Shown here: piece by piece, positions 29,703 through 39,923 of the stretch
Layout of the letters: each line of letters starts with the position of its first letter
Position numbering within the stretch: position 1 is the stretch's first letter
From: Promethearchaeia archaeon
GTDB lineage: Archaea; Asgardarchaeota; Lokiarchaeia; Sigyniarchaeales; SOKP01
Assembly: GCA_029856045.1 (NCBI GenBank)
Contig: JAHQWG010000028.1
Span: forward strand, 320,730-384,729
Direction of reading: 5' to 3'
Length of the DNA stretch: 64,000 nt
Notes under the pieces: model-generated
What the model was told of the DNA's origin: nothing
What the model saw: only the letters and a program-made list of their open reading frames with translations
Database searches by the model: none
Translations under genes and position numbers: made by a program

Positions 29703-31127
29703 ATGGCATTTAAAGATGAGAGAAGATTATTAGGGGAACATCTTACATCTACAGAAATCTTTGAGGAATTGATTTTTCCTGAAATAAAAAATGATCTATA
29801 TAATTTTTTATGGATTGATCTTTATGCTGGAGAGGGAAATCTGATTTTTCCAATATTAAATCATCTTCGTAAAGAGGAAAGAATTGATTTTTTTAAAGAT
29901 CATATATTTTTATCAGATATTCAGGAAAAAATGGTTCATAAGTGCATTGAAACTGCTAAAAATTATGGTATTGAAGAAAATATTGCTCAACAAAACATTA
30001 AATTACATGATAATTTAAAGAATATCCCAGTATTTTTAAAAAAAAATAAATATCCTGTTTATCATATTACGAATCCCCCTTATTTATATATAGGATATAT
30101 CCGAAAGCATAAAGAAACACAAAAATATGTATCCTATTTCGATAATAAAAATAAGGGGTATCAGGATTTATATCAAATTGCTATGGTGAATGATCTAAGG
30201 AATAGACTTGCAAATTTAATATATATTATTCCATCAAATTTTTTATTTGGTGCTTCAGTATCCAATAAGATTAGAGAAGATTTCCTAAAAAATTACTATA
30301 TTAAAAGAGTTATTATCTTCGAAAAACAAATCTTCGAGTTTACTGGAACAAATATATGCTTATGTTTTTTTAGAAGAAAGCAGATACCATCAATTGAAAT
30401 TCAAGAATTTAATGGAATAAAAGTTAAAAAAGAAAACCAGATCTTAGAAAAAATTTATACTTTAAAACCTAAATTTAAATATAGAGCTGGCTCAGAATTT
30501 GAAGAATTTCTCAAAAATCATCGAGCTAATAATCCTCCACACATTAAATATTATTTATTAATGGATGAAGTATCAAAAAACAACGGAATTAATAAAATTG
30601 ACGTAATTGATGCAAATAATTATCAAAATAATGAATATAAAAAATTAACGCTTGAAGTTAATGAAGGATTAGAAAACAGAATCAAATCGAATATATTATT
30701 TGTTCGAACAGTGGATACAGGCTCAGATGAGGGAAGAGTAGGGATTAATATAATTAAAAATGAATTTAATGTTGATGGGATTCTTGTTTCAGGTAATACA
30801 TATAGGACACATCCAATTCAAATTTTTTTCGTATCTCAAATCTCAGTAGAAAATCAGAAATTGCTAAAGAATTATTTTAATCTCTTATTGGAACACTTTC
30901 GGGAAAAACTTGATAGTGAATTTCTGACAACATATAAATATTCAAATGCAAAATATACTAGAAAGTATTTAGGACTTACATATGTGAAGAGATTAATTGA
31001 AACATATCCATATTTAGATTTTAATAAGGAGCAGAATGAAACTCTAAAAAATTTGATTCTCAATAATGATGTTGGGGGAATTTTGAATTTATTAGAGAAT
31101 CATAAGAAGCATTATTTAACTAAATAA
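29703..31127 (+). CDS. N6-adenine DNA methyltransferase (gamma-like), orphan
   Basis: DLYAGEGN, ITNPPY, YIIPSNF. Confidence 0.8.
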   Translation: MAFKDERRLLGEHLTSTEIFEELIFPEIKNDLYNFLWIDLYAGEGNLIFPILNHLRKEERIDFFKDHIFLSDIQEKMVHKCIETAKNYGIEENIAQQNIKLHDNLKNIPVFLKKNKYPVYHITNPPYLYIGYIRKHKETQKYVSYFDNKNKGYQDLYQIAMVNDLRNRLANLIYIIPSNFLFGASVSNKIREDFLKNYYIKRVIIFEKQIFEFTGTNICLCFFRRKQIPSIEIQEFNGIKVKKENQILEKIYTLKPKFKYRAGSEFEEFLKNHRANNPPHIKYYLLMDEVSKNNGINKIDVIDANNYQNNEYKKLTLEVNEGLENRIKSNILFVRTVDTGSDEGRVGINIIKNEFNVDGILVSGNTYRTHPIQIFFVSQISVENQKLLKNYFNLLLEHFREKLDSEFLTTYKYSNAKYTRKYLGLTYVKRLIETYPYLDFNKEQNETLKNLILNNDVGGILNLLENHKKHYLTK

Positions 31128-31130
31128 GTT

Positions 31131-32555
31131 TTATTTATCATAAATTTTGTTTAATTCTTTTAGAAATGGCAGGAATTCTTTTGGTTGTCCAAATACAGGA
31201 ATTTTCTTTCCTCTTAGCATTTTAATAATATCATTTCTAAGTTCAGGATAATCAACGCGTTGAATAATAACAAAAATGGGTTTATGAAATTCTTTACTGA
31301 AATTAAGAGCATCTAATAAATTTTTTTCCCAATTAAGATACTTGAGAAATCTAAAACGTGGATCGAAATAAAAAGCTGGGACATCAAAGATCATCGCATC
31401 TATTTCATTATCAGATAGAGCGATTTCAAAAATTTTTTTTAAGGTCTCCATATCATAGAATTGAGCAGCAAAATCAAGTGGATTTCTAGCGCTGGTACCT
31501 CTCATATAAAATAATTTAGCAATTTTTTCTTGAATATCAACATTAAATTGTGGGACTTTAAAACCATATTTTTCAACTAAATCTGTAAGCATAACTCCAT
31601 ATCCACCGGATATGGAGACAATCAGAAAGTTTTTAACTTTAAAAGTTCCATAATAATCTAAAATTAAAGCACCACATAATAATTCAGTGAGAGTCTCAAC
31701 TTGAACAACTCCATATTGTTTGAATAAGCCATCCCAAATTTCATTTCTTCCCGCGATAGCTGCGGTATGAGTCTTTGCAGCTATTTGACCTGTGGGTGAA
31801 ACGCCACCTTTTAATAGAAGGATAGGCTTTTTGTTTTTTTCTAAAACATTTCTTAAAACTCTTCCACGTCCTTCTTTTATGCCTTCTAAATAGGCAATAA
31901 TATAATCTGTTTCATCATCTTGAGATAAATGAGCTAAAAGATCTATAAAATCAAGATCTGCCCCATTTCCAAAAGAAAAGATTTTAGAAAAGGTTAAATT
32001 TAATTCCTTTGCCATAAATATCGCGAGATTAGCAAGCCCACCTGATTGACAGATCAATCCAATTCGCCCTGATTTGCTTGGAAACCCCAAACGCCAAGCT
32101 ATTCCTTTTTTTGGATAATATAAACCCATTCCATTTGGACCGAGAATTCGCACTTTGTTTTTTGCATGTTTAATTAAATCTTTTTCCAATTGAATTCCTT
32201 CTTCTGTTCCTGAATCAGAAAATTCTGAAGTAAATATGCTGACTAATTTAACACCTTTTTCCACACATTCATCAATTATTTCTAATATCTTCTCTTTTGT
32301 AACTGCGATAAATGCAAAATCAACTGGATCTGGAACATCCTTAATTGAAGGAAAGATCTTTCCTTGGGTACCATCATCAAAACCCGGAATTTCCTTAAGA
32401 TTTGGATTTATCACAAAAATTTTTCCCTTAAAATTCTCTTGGTACGCTCTTACGAAAAAGAAGTTCCTACTTTTTGATGCACCAATAATTGCCATATTTT
32501 GGATTTTAGATAAAAATGAAATATCTTTAATTTCTGGAAGATTATCATTAAACAT
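31131..32555 (-). CDS. acdA: ADP-forming acyl-CoA synthetase alpha subunit
   Basis: IIGAS, GPNGMG, QSGG, GNGADL, YLEG, AAKTHTAAIAG, SGGYGV, NPLDF. Confidence 0.85.
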   Translation of the reverse strand: MFNDNLPEIKDISFLSKIQNMAIIGASKSRNFFFVRAYQENFKGKIFVINPNLKEIPGFDDGTQGKIFPSIKDVPDPVDFAFIAVTKEKILEIIDECVEKGVKLVSIFTSEFSDSGTEEGIQLEKDLIKHAKNKVRILGPNGMGLYYPKKGIAWRLGFPSKSGRIGLICQSGGLANLAIFMAKELNLTFSKIFSFGNGADLDFIDLLAHLSQDDETDYIIAYLEGIKEGRGRVLRNVLEKNKKPILLLKGGVSPTGQIAAKTHTAAIAGRNEIWDGLFKQYGVVQVETLTELLCGALILDYYGTFKVKNFLIVSISGGYGVMLTDLVEKYGFKVPQFNVDIQEKIAKLFYMRGTSARNPLDFAAQFYDMETLKKIFEIALSDNEIDAMIFDVPAFYFDPRFRFLKYLNWEKNLLDALNFSKEFHKPIFVIIQRVDYPELRNDIIKMLRGKKIPVFGQPKEFLPFLKELNKIYDK

Positions 32556-32740
32556 ATAAGTTTAACTAAGAAAGAAACTTAATAAAATTTTTAAAAAAAA
32601 AGTTATTTACCTAATCGCTATAAAATAGACAATAAATTTTATTAGAAAATTATATCTATTTATTATTTCTTATTAGAATTAAAAATTTATTTGGCGTTTT
32701 ATTTTAAAATAATAGACAATTCAAAAATGAGATTATAAAA

Positions 32741-33724
32741 ATGATAACACAAAAAAAGATTAAAGAAGTTTTAGAACACAACTGCATTAACCTTAGATTC
32801 CATGCACGCGGAGGACAAGGAGGTGTAACTGCTTCAAACTTATGTGTAGAAGCATTTTACGGTTATGGAATTTGCCAACCTCGTTTTGGAGCTGAAAGAA
32901 TGGGCAGTCCAACCGAAAGTTATGTGCGGTTAAGTTTAAGCAAGGAGTTAATTAGATCAAATGAACAAGTCTACGCTCCTCATTTTGTAGCCATTTTAGA
33001 TGAATCCCTAATGTGGGAGATTGATGTAACTGAGGGACTCCCAAAAGGTGGATGGATAATTATTAATACAGATATGAATCAATTAGAAATTCAAGAATTA
33101 ATTAAGAGAAAAGATCTAAATATTGCTACAATTCCTGCTACTACAATTGCTTTAGATGTTTTTGGAAGAAATATTACTAACACTATAATTCTTGGTGCAT
33201 TAATTAGAGTTTCCCAACTTTTTTCATTGGAAGAATTATCGAAGGCCATCCAAAATAGATTTAAGGGCTCAATTATTGAAAAAAATATTAAAGCTATAAA
33301 ACAGGCAATAGATGCAACTTGTATATATGAAGTAGAAGATGAGATAGATTTCACTATAGATACTAAAATAGCTTGGACACAAACTGAACCATCTCTACCT
33401 GGATATGAGGAATTAGATAAGGCAGGGGTATGGTATTGCGATGAAGACGTTATTTCTTATGGCAGCACACAGGTAAAAACTGGTTCTTGGGGTGAATATG
33501 ATGTACTATGGGATAAAGAAACTTGCACTGATTGCGCTCAATGTTGGTATATTTGTCCTGACTTCGCTATTCTAAGAGAGAAAGGTGAGGATGGATTATG
33601 GCATATGACAGGAATTGATCAATTTCATTGTAAATCGTGTTTAAATTGTGTGAATATTTGTCCAGTAAATGCCCTATCAAAAAAATTAAAACAAAGACCT
33701 GGCTCATGTGCCGTGGAGGAATAA
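32741..33724 (+). CDS. porG: 2-oxoacid:ferredoxin oxidoreductase gamma-delta fusion
   Basis: HARGGQGGVTA, PRFGAERMGSP, NTIILGA, then TGSW and two CxxCxxCxxxCP motifs. Confidence 0.9.
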   Translation: MITQKKIKEVLEHNCINLRFHARGGQGGVTASNLCVEAFYGYGICQPRFGAERMGSPTESYVRLSLSKELIRSNEQVYAPHFVAILDESLMWEIDVTEGLPKGGWIIINTDMNQLEIQELIKRKDLNIATIPATTIALDVFGRNITNTIILGALIRVSQLFSLEELSKAIQNRFKGSIIEKNIKAIKQAIDATCIYEVEDEIDFTIDTKIAWTQTEPSLPGYEELDKAGVWYCDEDVISYGSTQVKTGSWGEYDVLWDKETCTDCAQCWYICPDFAILREKGEDGLWHMTGIDQFHCKSCLNCVNICPVNALSKKLKQRPGSCAVEE

Positions 33725-33741
33725 TTGGAGGTGAAAATTAA

Positions 33742-34965
33742 ATGTCAATAGAACCAATGAGAATATTTTTTAAGGAAATTAAAGAACCTATTGAAACTGC
33801 AATGATTGGAAATTATGCTGTAGCAGGGGGTGTAGCACAAACAGATCCAGATGTGATATGTGCCTTTCCAATTACACCACAAACTCAATCAGTTGAAGGA
33901 TTATCTGATGTTGTGCATCAAGGTAGATTAAAGGCAGCCTTTATTAATGTTGAATCAGAATTAGCGGCGATGAGTTATTCTACAGCTGCATGTGCTGCAG
34001 GAGCAAGAACATTTACAGCAACTGCTTCTCAAGGTTATTTATTAATGGCTGAGGCTTTACCTATGGCAGTTGGTTGGCGTGTTCCTTTAACAATGATGAT
34101 TTCGGCTAGAGCTTTTAACGCTCCGAATTTATCAATTTGGAACTCTTGGGAATTTGTTTTAATTGATTTTGGTTGGAATTGTATTGTCTCTGAAAATGTT
34201 CAAGAAACTTATGATTCTGCCATTTTATCCGTGATGATTTCAGACGCCTCATTATTTCCTACAATGTTTGTTCATGATGGTTTCATTATATCTCATTCAG
34301 TTCAACAATTAACATTAATTCCTGATGAGACTGTCCGGAATTTAACTCCGAAAATCCTGAAGCATCACATTAATCCAGAACATCCAGGAACATGGGGCGG
34401 GATTGTAACCCCTAGCTATTTTATGGAAGGTAGAATGAGATTAGATGTGGATAAAAAACCGGTTTTAAATCATATTAAAAACGTGTTTGAACGCTTTAAA
34501 AAAGCAACGGGGCGAAAATATGATTTAATTGAAACTTTTAATTTAGATAATTCTTCCAGAACTGCATTTATTACTATGGGTTCCATGTGTGGGAATATTA
34601 TAAGTTGGATGACAAAAAATAAAGATGTAGGACTTATCAAAATTCGTACATATCGTCCATTTCCTTACGAAGAATTACAAAATATAATCCAAGAACATAA
34701 TATTGAAAAATTAATTATTTTAGAGAAATCAGACTCATTAAACAATCTTATACCGCCATTCTCATCTTCAGTTGCAACTGCAACATATCCTTTAGGGACA
34801 TTATTCAGGTCTTATATTGTTGGATTAGGTGGACGAGATGTTACGAGGGATGAATTTAATGTTGCTAAAAAGAAGATGGAAAATGTAAAAGATATGAAAG
34901 GTCAGCTATATATGTATCTTGGTGTTCGAGAAAGAAAAAATAAAATTTATGGAGTGGATATATAA
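33742..34965 (+). CDS. porA: 2-oxoacid:ferredoxin oxidoreductase alpha subunit
   Basis: AFPITPQT, VESELAAMS, GARTFTATASQG, DGFIISH, YRPFP, GLGGRD. Confidence 0.9.
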   Translation: MSIEPMRIFFKEIKEPIETAMIGNYAVAGGVAQTDPDVICAFPITPQTQSVEGLSDVVHQGRLKAAFINVESELAAMSYSTAACAAGARTFTATASQGYLLMAEALPMAVGWRVPLTMMISARAFNAPNLSIWNSWEFVLIDFGWNCIVSENVQETYDSAILSVMISDASLFPTMFVHDGFIISHSVQQLTLIPDETVRNLTPKILKHHINPEHPGTWGGIVTPSYFMEGRMRLDVDKKPVLNHIKNVFERFKKATGRKYDLIETFNLDNSSRTAFITMGSMCGNIISWMTKNKDVGLIKIRTYRPFPYEELQNIIQEHNIEKLIILEKSDSLNNLIPPFSSSVATATYPLGTLFRSYIVGLGGRDVTRDEFNVAKKKMENVKDMKGQLYMYLGVRERKNKIYGVDI

Positions 34966-34967
34966 AG

Positions 34968-36053
34968 ATGTCAAAACCGGAAAAAAATATAATAAAGGTG
35001 GAAGATTTACTTGCAAAAAATGAGAAATGCAATGTATTATTCTTTAACTACGACAATGAAGCTTTTATGAATACGGGGATACAAGAGAGTGGAGGTACAC
35101 CACCCTACGCTTCAACAACTACCGGTCCCGCTGGTGAAAAGATACCTGGAAAAATAGGTGTTAAGCAAGATCTTGTAACTCCTATGGCATTTTTTGGGGG
35201 TAAATCTATGTTCTTAGCAACTGTAAATCCAGCATATCCTAATGATTTCATGGGAAAGGTAATTGAAGCATTAAAAACAAATGGTGGCGCTTTCCTCCAA
35301 GCTTACTCTGATTGTATGAGAGGATGGCGTCATGCAGCAGAAGATGCTTTAACAATATCAAAAATGGCAACAGATTGTGGATATTGGCCTCTTTATACAG
35401 TTAGAATTAAAGATGGAATACCTAAATTTTCATATTATCGCGGACTGGATGTTGATCGAGAGAAATTTATTGATTATTTAAATTCAATGGGAAGGTTTAA
35501 ACATCTTTTTAAACCAATTGTGAGACAAAAAGAAATAGATGAAATTATATACTTCACCGAATTACGAAATGAAAGATTGAGAAATTTAATTAATATTATG
35601 AGTGCAGAAAAACCTAGTGATTTATATAAGTTAAATCGAAAAAAATTCAAGCCACAAATTCATATTCAACCAGGTCATGGATTATGCCCAGGGTGTGGAG
35701 CGGGAATGGTATTGAACCAGTTAGCTACAGCAGCAACCCAAGTAGCAGGTAGGAATATAGTTTATGTAAATAATACGAGCTGTAGTGAGGTTTCCACTTC
35801 TAAAGATAATGTTAGTTCTTGGAATGTTCCATGGGTGCATCATTTATTTGAATCCGGTGCGACCGTTGCCGAGGCTATTTCAACTGCCTATAAAATCCGA
35901 AAAACTAAAGGATTATTTGACGGAGATATTCCATATGTTATTCATATTGGAGGAGATGGTTCCTATTATGATATTGGCTTTCAATTTTTCAAAGCTGCAA
36001 TAATTCGAACCAGTTCTTTTATGGAAATGAATGAATATTTAAACCAAAAATAA
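34968..36053 (+). CDS. porB: 2-oxoacid:ferredoxin oxidoreductase beta subunit, circularly permuted
   Basis: YDNEAFMNTGIQ and CMRGW lie in the N-terminal part; PGHGLCPGCG, TSCSEV, WNVPWVH and GGDGSYYDIG lie in the C-terminal part. Confidence 0.85.
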   Translation: MSKPEKNIIKVEDLLAKNEKCNVLFFNYDNEAFMNTGIQESGGTPPYASTTTGPAGEKIPGKIGVKQDLVTPMAFFGGKSMFLATVNPAYPNDFMGKVIEALKTNGGAFLQAYSDCMRGWRHAAEDALTISKMATDCGYWPLYTVRIKDGIPKFSYYRGLDVDREKFIDYLNSMGRFKHLFKPIVRQKEIDEIIYFTELRNERLRNLINIMSAEKPSDLYKLNRKKFKPQIHIQPGHGLCPGCGAGMVLNQLATAATQVAGRNIVYVNNTSCSEVSTSKDNVSSWNVPWVHHLFESGATVAEAISTAYKIRKTKGLFDGDIPYVIHIGGDGSYYDIGFQFFKAAIIRTSSFMEMNEYLNQK

Positions 36054-36230
36054 ATTTTCTTTTTTTAAAACACTTTCTACCTAATTTTATTTCAAGATAT
36101 AATTAAAAATAAATCTCCTTTAAGTTTTCATCAAGAATTTTCATACAAAGGAAGTAGTGATTGTTTTTGAATTCAAAAAATTAAATTTTTAAATTCATTC
36201 AATATAATATAGAATTGGTGTAAAAATTAA

Positions 36231-36635
36231 ATGATTGAACTAAAAACAATTAATATAAATACCCCCCAACGAGAGATATTAATGGATATTACAAGAGAGA
36301 TAAATAAAATTTTATCAGAATCGAATATACAAAATGGTGTTTGTCGATTATTTGTACCACATACAACAGCGGCAATAACCATTAATGAAAATGCTGATCC
36401 TTCCGTTAAAAAAGATATAATAAATTTCTTAGGAAAAATAATTCCTCAAAACGCAGGATTTAGGCATATGGAGGGAAATTCTGATGCTCATATCAAATCT
36501 ACACTGGTTGGTCCTTCTTTAGAGATCTTAATTAACAATAAAAGATTAGTATTAGGGACGTGGCAAGGAATTATGTTTTCAGAATTTGACGGCCCCCGTA
36601 ATAGAAAACTCCATATTCAATTGCAGGGCGAATAA
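36231..36635 (+). CDS. yjbQ: YjbQ/UPF0047 family protein
   Basis: PHTTAAITINENADP, HMEGNSDAHIKS, LGTWQGI, EFDGPR. Confidence 0.92.
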   Translation: MIELKTININTPQREILMDITREINKILSESNIQNGVCRLFVPHTTAAITINENADPSVKKDIINFLGKIIPQNAGFRHMEGNSDAHIKSTLVGPSLEILINNKRLVLGTWQGIMFSEFDGPRNRKLHIQLQGE

Positions 36636-36976
36636 CTTTTAAATTACATATTTTGAATTTTGCAATTTAAATTCTAGAGAATTTTACAAAATCATTTTGT
36701 CGGTATTGATAATATTTTTTTAAATTTAATCATAATTACTAGTTTATATTAATCTCCTAAATTATCAACCAGAAATACGTCGCTTATTTTTAATTTAATA
36801 ATTAAAATATATAAATAATAGAAACAATACTTTTTTAAGAGAAATAAAAATAAGATACCCGGAAAAAAATAGAAAATTTTAGAGAGCTTGGTAAGAATTT
36901 GACAAAATTTGAAAGAAAAAAGATTCTACTATTATTATCTGATAAAAATATTTTATAGTTGGTGTATATTTAAAAA

Positions 36977-37537
36977 TTGAATAGGATTAAATGGGAAGAT
37001 ATAAGAATCGAGGATATTGGGATTAATAGCATTATAAAGTTATTAAATGTTCTTAATTCAAATTCGAATGATGCTGATAAAAATATCGCTTATAATAGTC
37101 TAGTAAAGTTAGGAAAGGAGTTAGTTGAACCATATTTAGAGAAATATTTAATTGAAAAATATGACTATGATGATAATCAAAGTGAGCTACTTCTTAAATT
37201 ACTAATAAAATTGAATAAAAATAATAATTTATGGTTCTTATTTCAATTAAAAAACCCAGATTTCGTTAAACGTGCTGTAGCAGTAGAAAAAATTGGAGAA
37301 TTAAAATTACAATCCTATTTGCCAGAAGTAATAAAATTAATAGATGATGATGATCCATCTGTTCGTTTTGCAGTCTGTAAAACATTAAAAATATTTCTTA
37401 AAGATGATATTGTAAATTTAAATCACATTTTAAAAAACGATATTCTCATACGTCTTATGGAGAGGAATACTAGAGAAAATAACCTTGTAATTAAAAAAAC
37501 TATTCAACGATTAATTTCTAATTATTTCAATGTATAA
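36977..37537 (+). CDS. HEAT-repeat protein
   Basis: DFVKRAVAVEKIGEL, LIDDDDPSVRFAVCKTL. Confidence 0.7.
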   Translation: MNRIKWEDIRIEDIGINSIIKLLNVLNSNSNDADKNIAYNSLVKLGKELVEPYLEKYLIEKYDYDDNQSELLLKLLIKLNKNNNLWFLFQLKNPDFVKRAVAVEKIGELKLQSYLPEVIKLIDDDDPSVRFAVCKTLKIFLKDDIVNLNHILKNDILIRLMERNTRENNLVIKKTIQRLISNYFNV

Positions 37538-37632
37538 TTCCTTAAATTATGAGAATTTTAAATCTATAAAGATTTATTAAATCTTAAGTTAATATGTAAC
37601 ATAGGGATACAATTAAACAAATTTGATATAAT

Positions 37633-38172
37633 ATGCCTAGTTTCGATTATACTTTTAAAGTGCTTATGTTGGGGGAAGCATCAGTAGGAAAGACTAGTCT
37701 GACGAAACGATATGTCCAAGGTATTTTTAACCCAGATGAGAAGCTGACTATCGGAGTGGATTTCTATATAAAAACTGTTGATGTCTTAGACAAAAAAGTT
37801 AAACTGCAAATATGGGACCTAGGAGGCGAACAGCGATTCCGATTTCTATTACCAACGTATTGTTTGGGAGCTAATGCGACTATTTTCATGTATGACATTA
37901 CTCGATTAAATACCTTAGAGAACATTCATTCTTGGTTATCTATAGTATATCAAAGAAGTGGATTAATTCCCATTATGTTAGTAGGTTCAAAGTTGGATCT
38001 AGAAAAAAAGGAAAGATCGGTTCCTCGAGAGTATGGAATTCAAGTAGCGGAAGAAAATAATTTATCTGGATGGATTGAAATATCGTCTAAAAATAACGTC
38101 AATGTAGATAATGTTTTTGAAACTCTTTGTAAATATATGTTAGAACGAGCAGTAAAAAGGAGTGCATTGTGA
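37633..38172 (+). CDS. Rab-like small GTPase
   Basis: GEASVGKT, TIGVDF, KLQIWDLGGE, RFRFL, YDIT, SKLD, ISSK. No C-terminal Cys prenylation motif. Confidence 0.92.
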   Translation: MPSFDYTFKVLMLGEASVGKTSLTKRYVQGIFNPDEKLTIGVDFYIKTVDVLDKKVKLQIWDLGGEQRFRFLLPTYCLGANATIFMYDITRLNTLENIHSWLSIVYQRSGLIPIMLVGSKLDLEKKERSVPREYGIQVAEENNLSGWIEISSKNNVNVDNVFETLCKYMLERAVKRSAL

Positions 38173-38175
38173 AAA

Positions 38176-39147
38176 ATGAAGCGTGAAGGAGATAAAATTA
38201 ATTCTATACGAAAAATATTTGAATTAATTGGAAAATCGGAAAAGAGTATTGAACATATATACGATTTTTTGCTTAGAAACAAAAAAATTGAAGATCTCAG
38301 AAGAGTTTCAAATGAATTAGGCATTACATTAAAAAGAGGATATAAGGTTTGTGCAGTTCTAAATGAATTAGATTTAATACAAATTTTCGATCGACCAATG
38401 AAAATCAATTTATTAAATCCAATTGTTGCCTGGCAGAAAATAATTAATAAAAAAATTAATGAATTAAGTGAAGATTTAGATAAAAAAATAAATACACTTG
38501 AAGAGTCATTGAATTCATTTTTTAAAGTATATGAATTGAAAGAGCCAGAAGTGGGTGAACCGATTGAATTCTTAAATTTTGATACTAAAAATCTTAATTG
38601 GGTTTATTATCCTTATTTTGCTAACAGAGTTTCGAGAATTGCTATTGGAATCGCTTATGAAAATCCATTTATAAATGAACTCACTAAAGGTGAGTTTTCA
38701 ATAATAGAGAAAGAATTAGCTGAAATATTAGCAGAAAATCTAAGAGTTTTAGCTGAACATGTTCGACAAATTGAAATCTTCATTGTTTTAAATTCAAATG
38801 TATTGGAGGCTTTTTTAAATTCAATTCGATATAAAAAATTAGTTGATCATCTAAATATAAAGGAGATGATACCCCAGAAGATTCAAGTGAGAATAACACA
38901 TGAAGATTTCAGTAATTTTGCATTAAGAGACGATGAAATGCTAATTCAACCGAGCTTTGATCCATCAAATATTCTATTAGGTTCTTATATTTCTCGACAA
39001 AAAGATATTGTGAAAATTTTTAAACAGAAATTTGATGATTTATTTGAAAATAGCCTTCAGGTTAATGATTATCTAAGAGACCATAGAATTTTTGAAAAAA
39101 GCGAGTTATCAAATATTGATAAACTAGCACTAGGATTTCTTCAATAA
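38176..39147 (+). CDS. TrmB-like wHTH transcriptional regulator
   Basis: IYDFLL...VSNELGITLKRGYKVCAVLNELDLI...RPMK, then a coiled linker and a C-terminal effector-like domain. Confidence 0.6.
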   Translation: MKREGDKINSIRKIFELIGKSEKSIEHIYDFLLRNKKIEDLRRVSNELGITLKRGYKVCAVLNELDLIQIFDRPMKINLLNPIVAWQKIINKKINELSEDLDKKINTLEESLNSFFKVYELKEPEVGEPIEFLNFDTKNLNWVYYPYFANRVSRIAIGIAYENPFINELTKGEFSIIEKELAEILAENLRVLAEHVRQIEIFIVLNSNVLEAFLNSIRYKKLVDHLNIKEMIPQKIQVRITHEDFSNFALRDDEMLIQPSFDPSNILLGSYISRQKDIVKIFKQKFDDLFENSLQVNDYLRDHRIFEKSELSNIDKLALGFLQ

Positions 39148-39226
39148 ATTTGATTCTTGTTTTTACCACTTAATATCTAATTATCAATAAATTTCTAAAA
39201 ATAAAACATAATAAATAGAGGATAAA

Positions 39227-39904
39227 ATGAAAATAATAGTATTCAGCCCTCATCCTGATGATGAGATTTTTGGTTGTGGAGGTAGCATATTAAAATGGAT
39301 GGAGGAAGGACATGATGTCCACCTTATTTATATCTCTGACAATAGAGCTATAATAACTTGGGCAAAAAAACATGGATCCTTTATTGAAACTGAAGAAAAT
39401 AAAAACCTAACCGAAGAAGAAATAGCAAGGATTGGACTTCAAGAGGCAAGAGAAGCTGCAAAATTTTTAGGATTACCAGATAAAAAAGTACATTTATTTA
39501 AATTTCCAGATCAAAAAGTTAAAGACCATATTGATAAAGGTGTAGAACTTGCGAAACCTATTATAAAAGATGCCAATAGATGTGTTATTCCAAGTGCTAA
39601 TAATGAACACCCAGATCATCAAGCAACATATGAAATTACAGTAAGATCGGCTGAAGAACTCAATTTAAAAAATCTAGAGTTTTATGTGTATGCTTTATAC
39701 AATCCTTTACGAGCAGAAGGCGAGCATTTAGTTAAAATTAAGATGGGTGATTTACGCCTTAAATTATATGAAGCTCTACAGATTTATAAATCCCAGTTTT
39801 GGGATAAAGAAATGATTCGTAACAGTATGTGGGTTAAAGGAAAGCGTAGAGAAAGATTCGGATATTATAAATTTGAAGATATTGGAAAACATTATAACTT
39901 TTAA
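39227..39904 (+). CDS. PIG-L/LmbE family deacetylase (paralogue A)
   Basis: SPHPDDE...HPDH. Confidence 0.9.
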   Translation: MKIIVFSPHPDDEIFGCGGSILKWMEEGHDVHLIYISDNRAIITWAKKHGSFIETEENKNLTEEEIARIGLQEAREAAKFLGLPDKKVHLFKFPDQKVKDHIDKGVELAKPIIKDANRCVIPSANNEHPDHQATYEITVRSAEELNLKNLEFYVYALYNPLRAEGEHLVKIKMGDLRLKLYEALQIYKSQFWDKEMIRNSMWVKGKRRERFGYYKFEDIGKHYNF

Positions 39905-39923
39905 TTTTTTTTTCAAATATTAC

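Noticed and set aside
28861-31127. EEP + MTase as a restriction-modification pair
   Set aside because: The EEP has an N-terminal membrane anchor and is translationally coupled to the upstream membrane gene.
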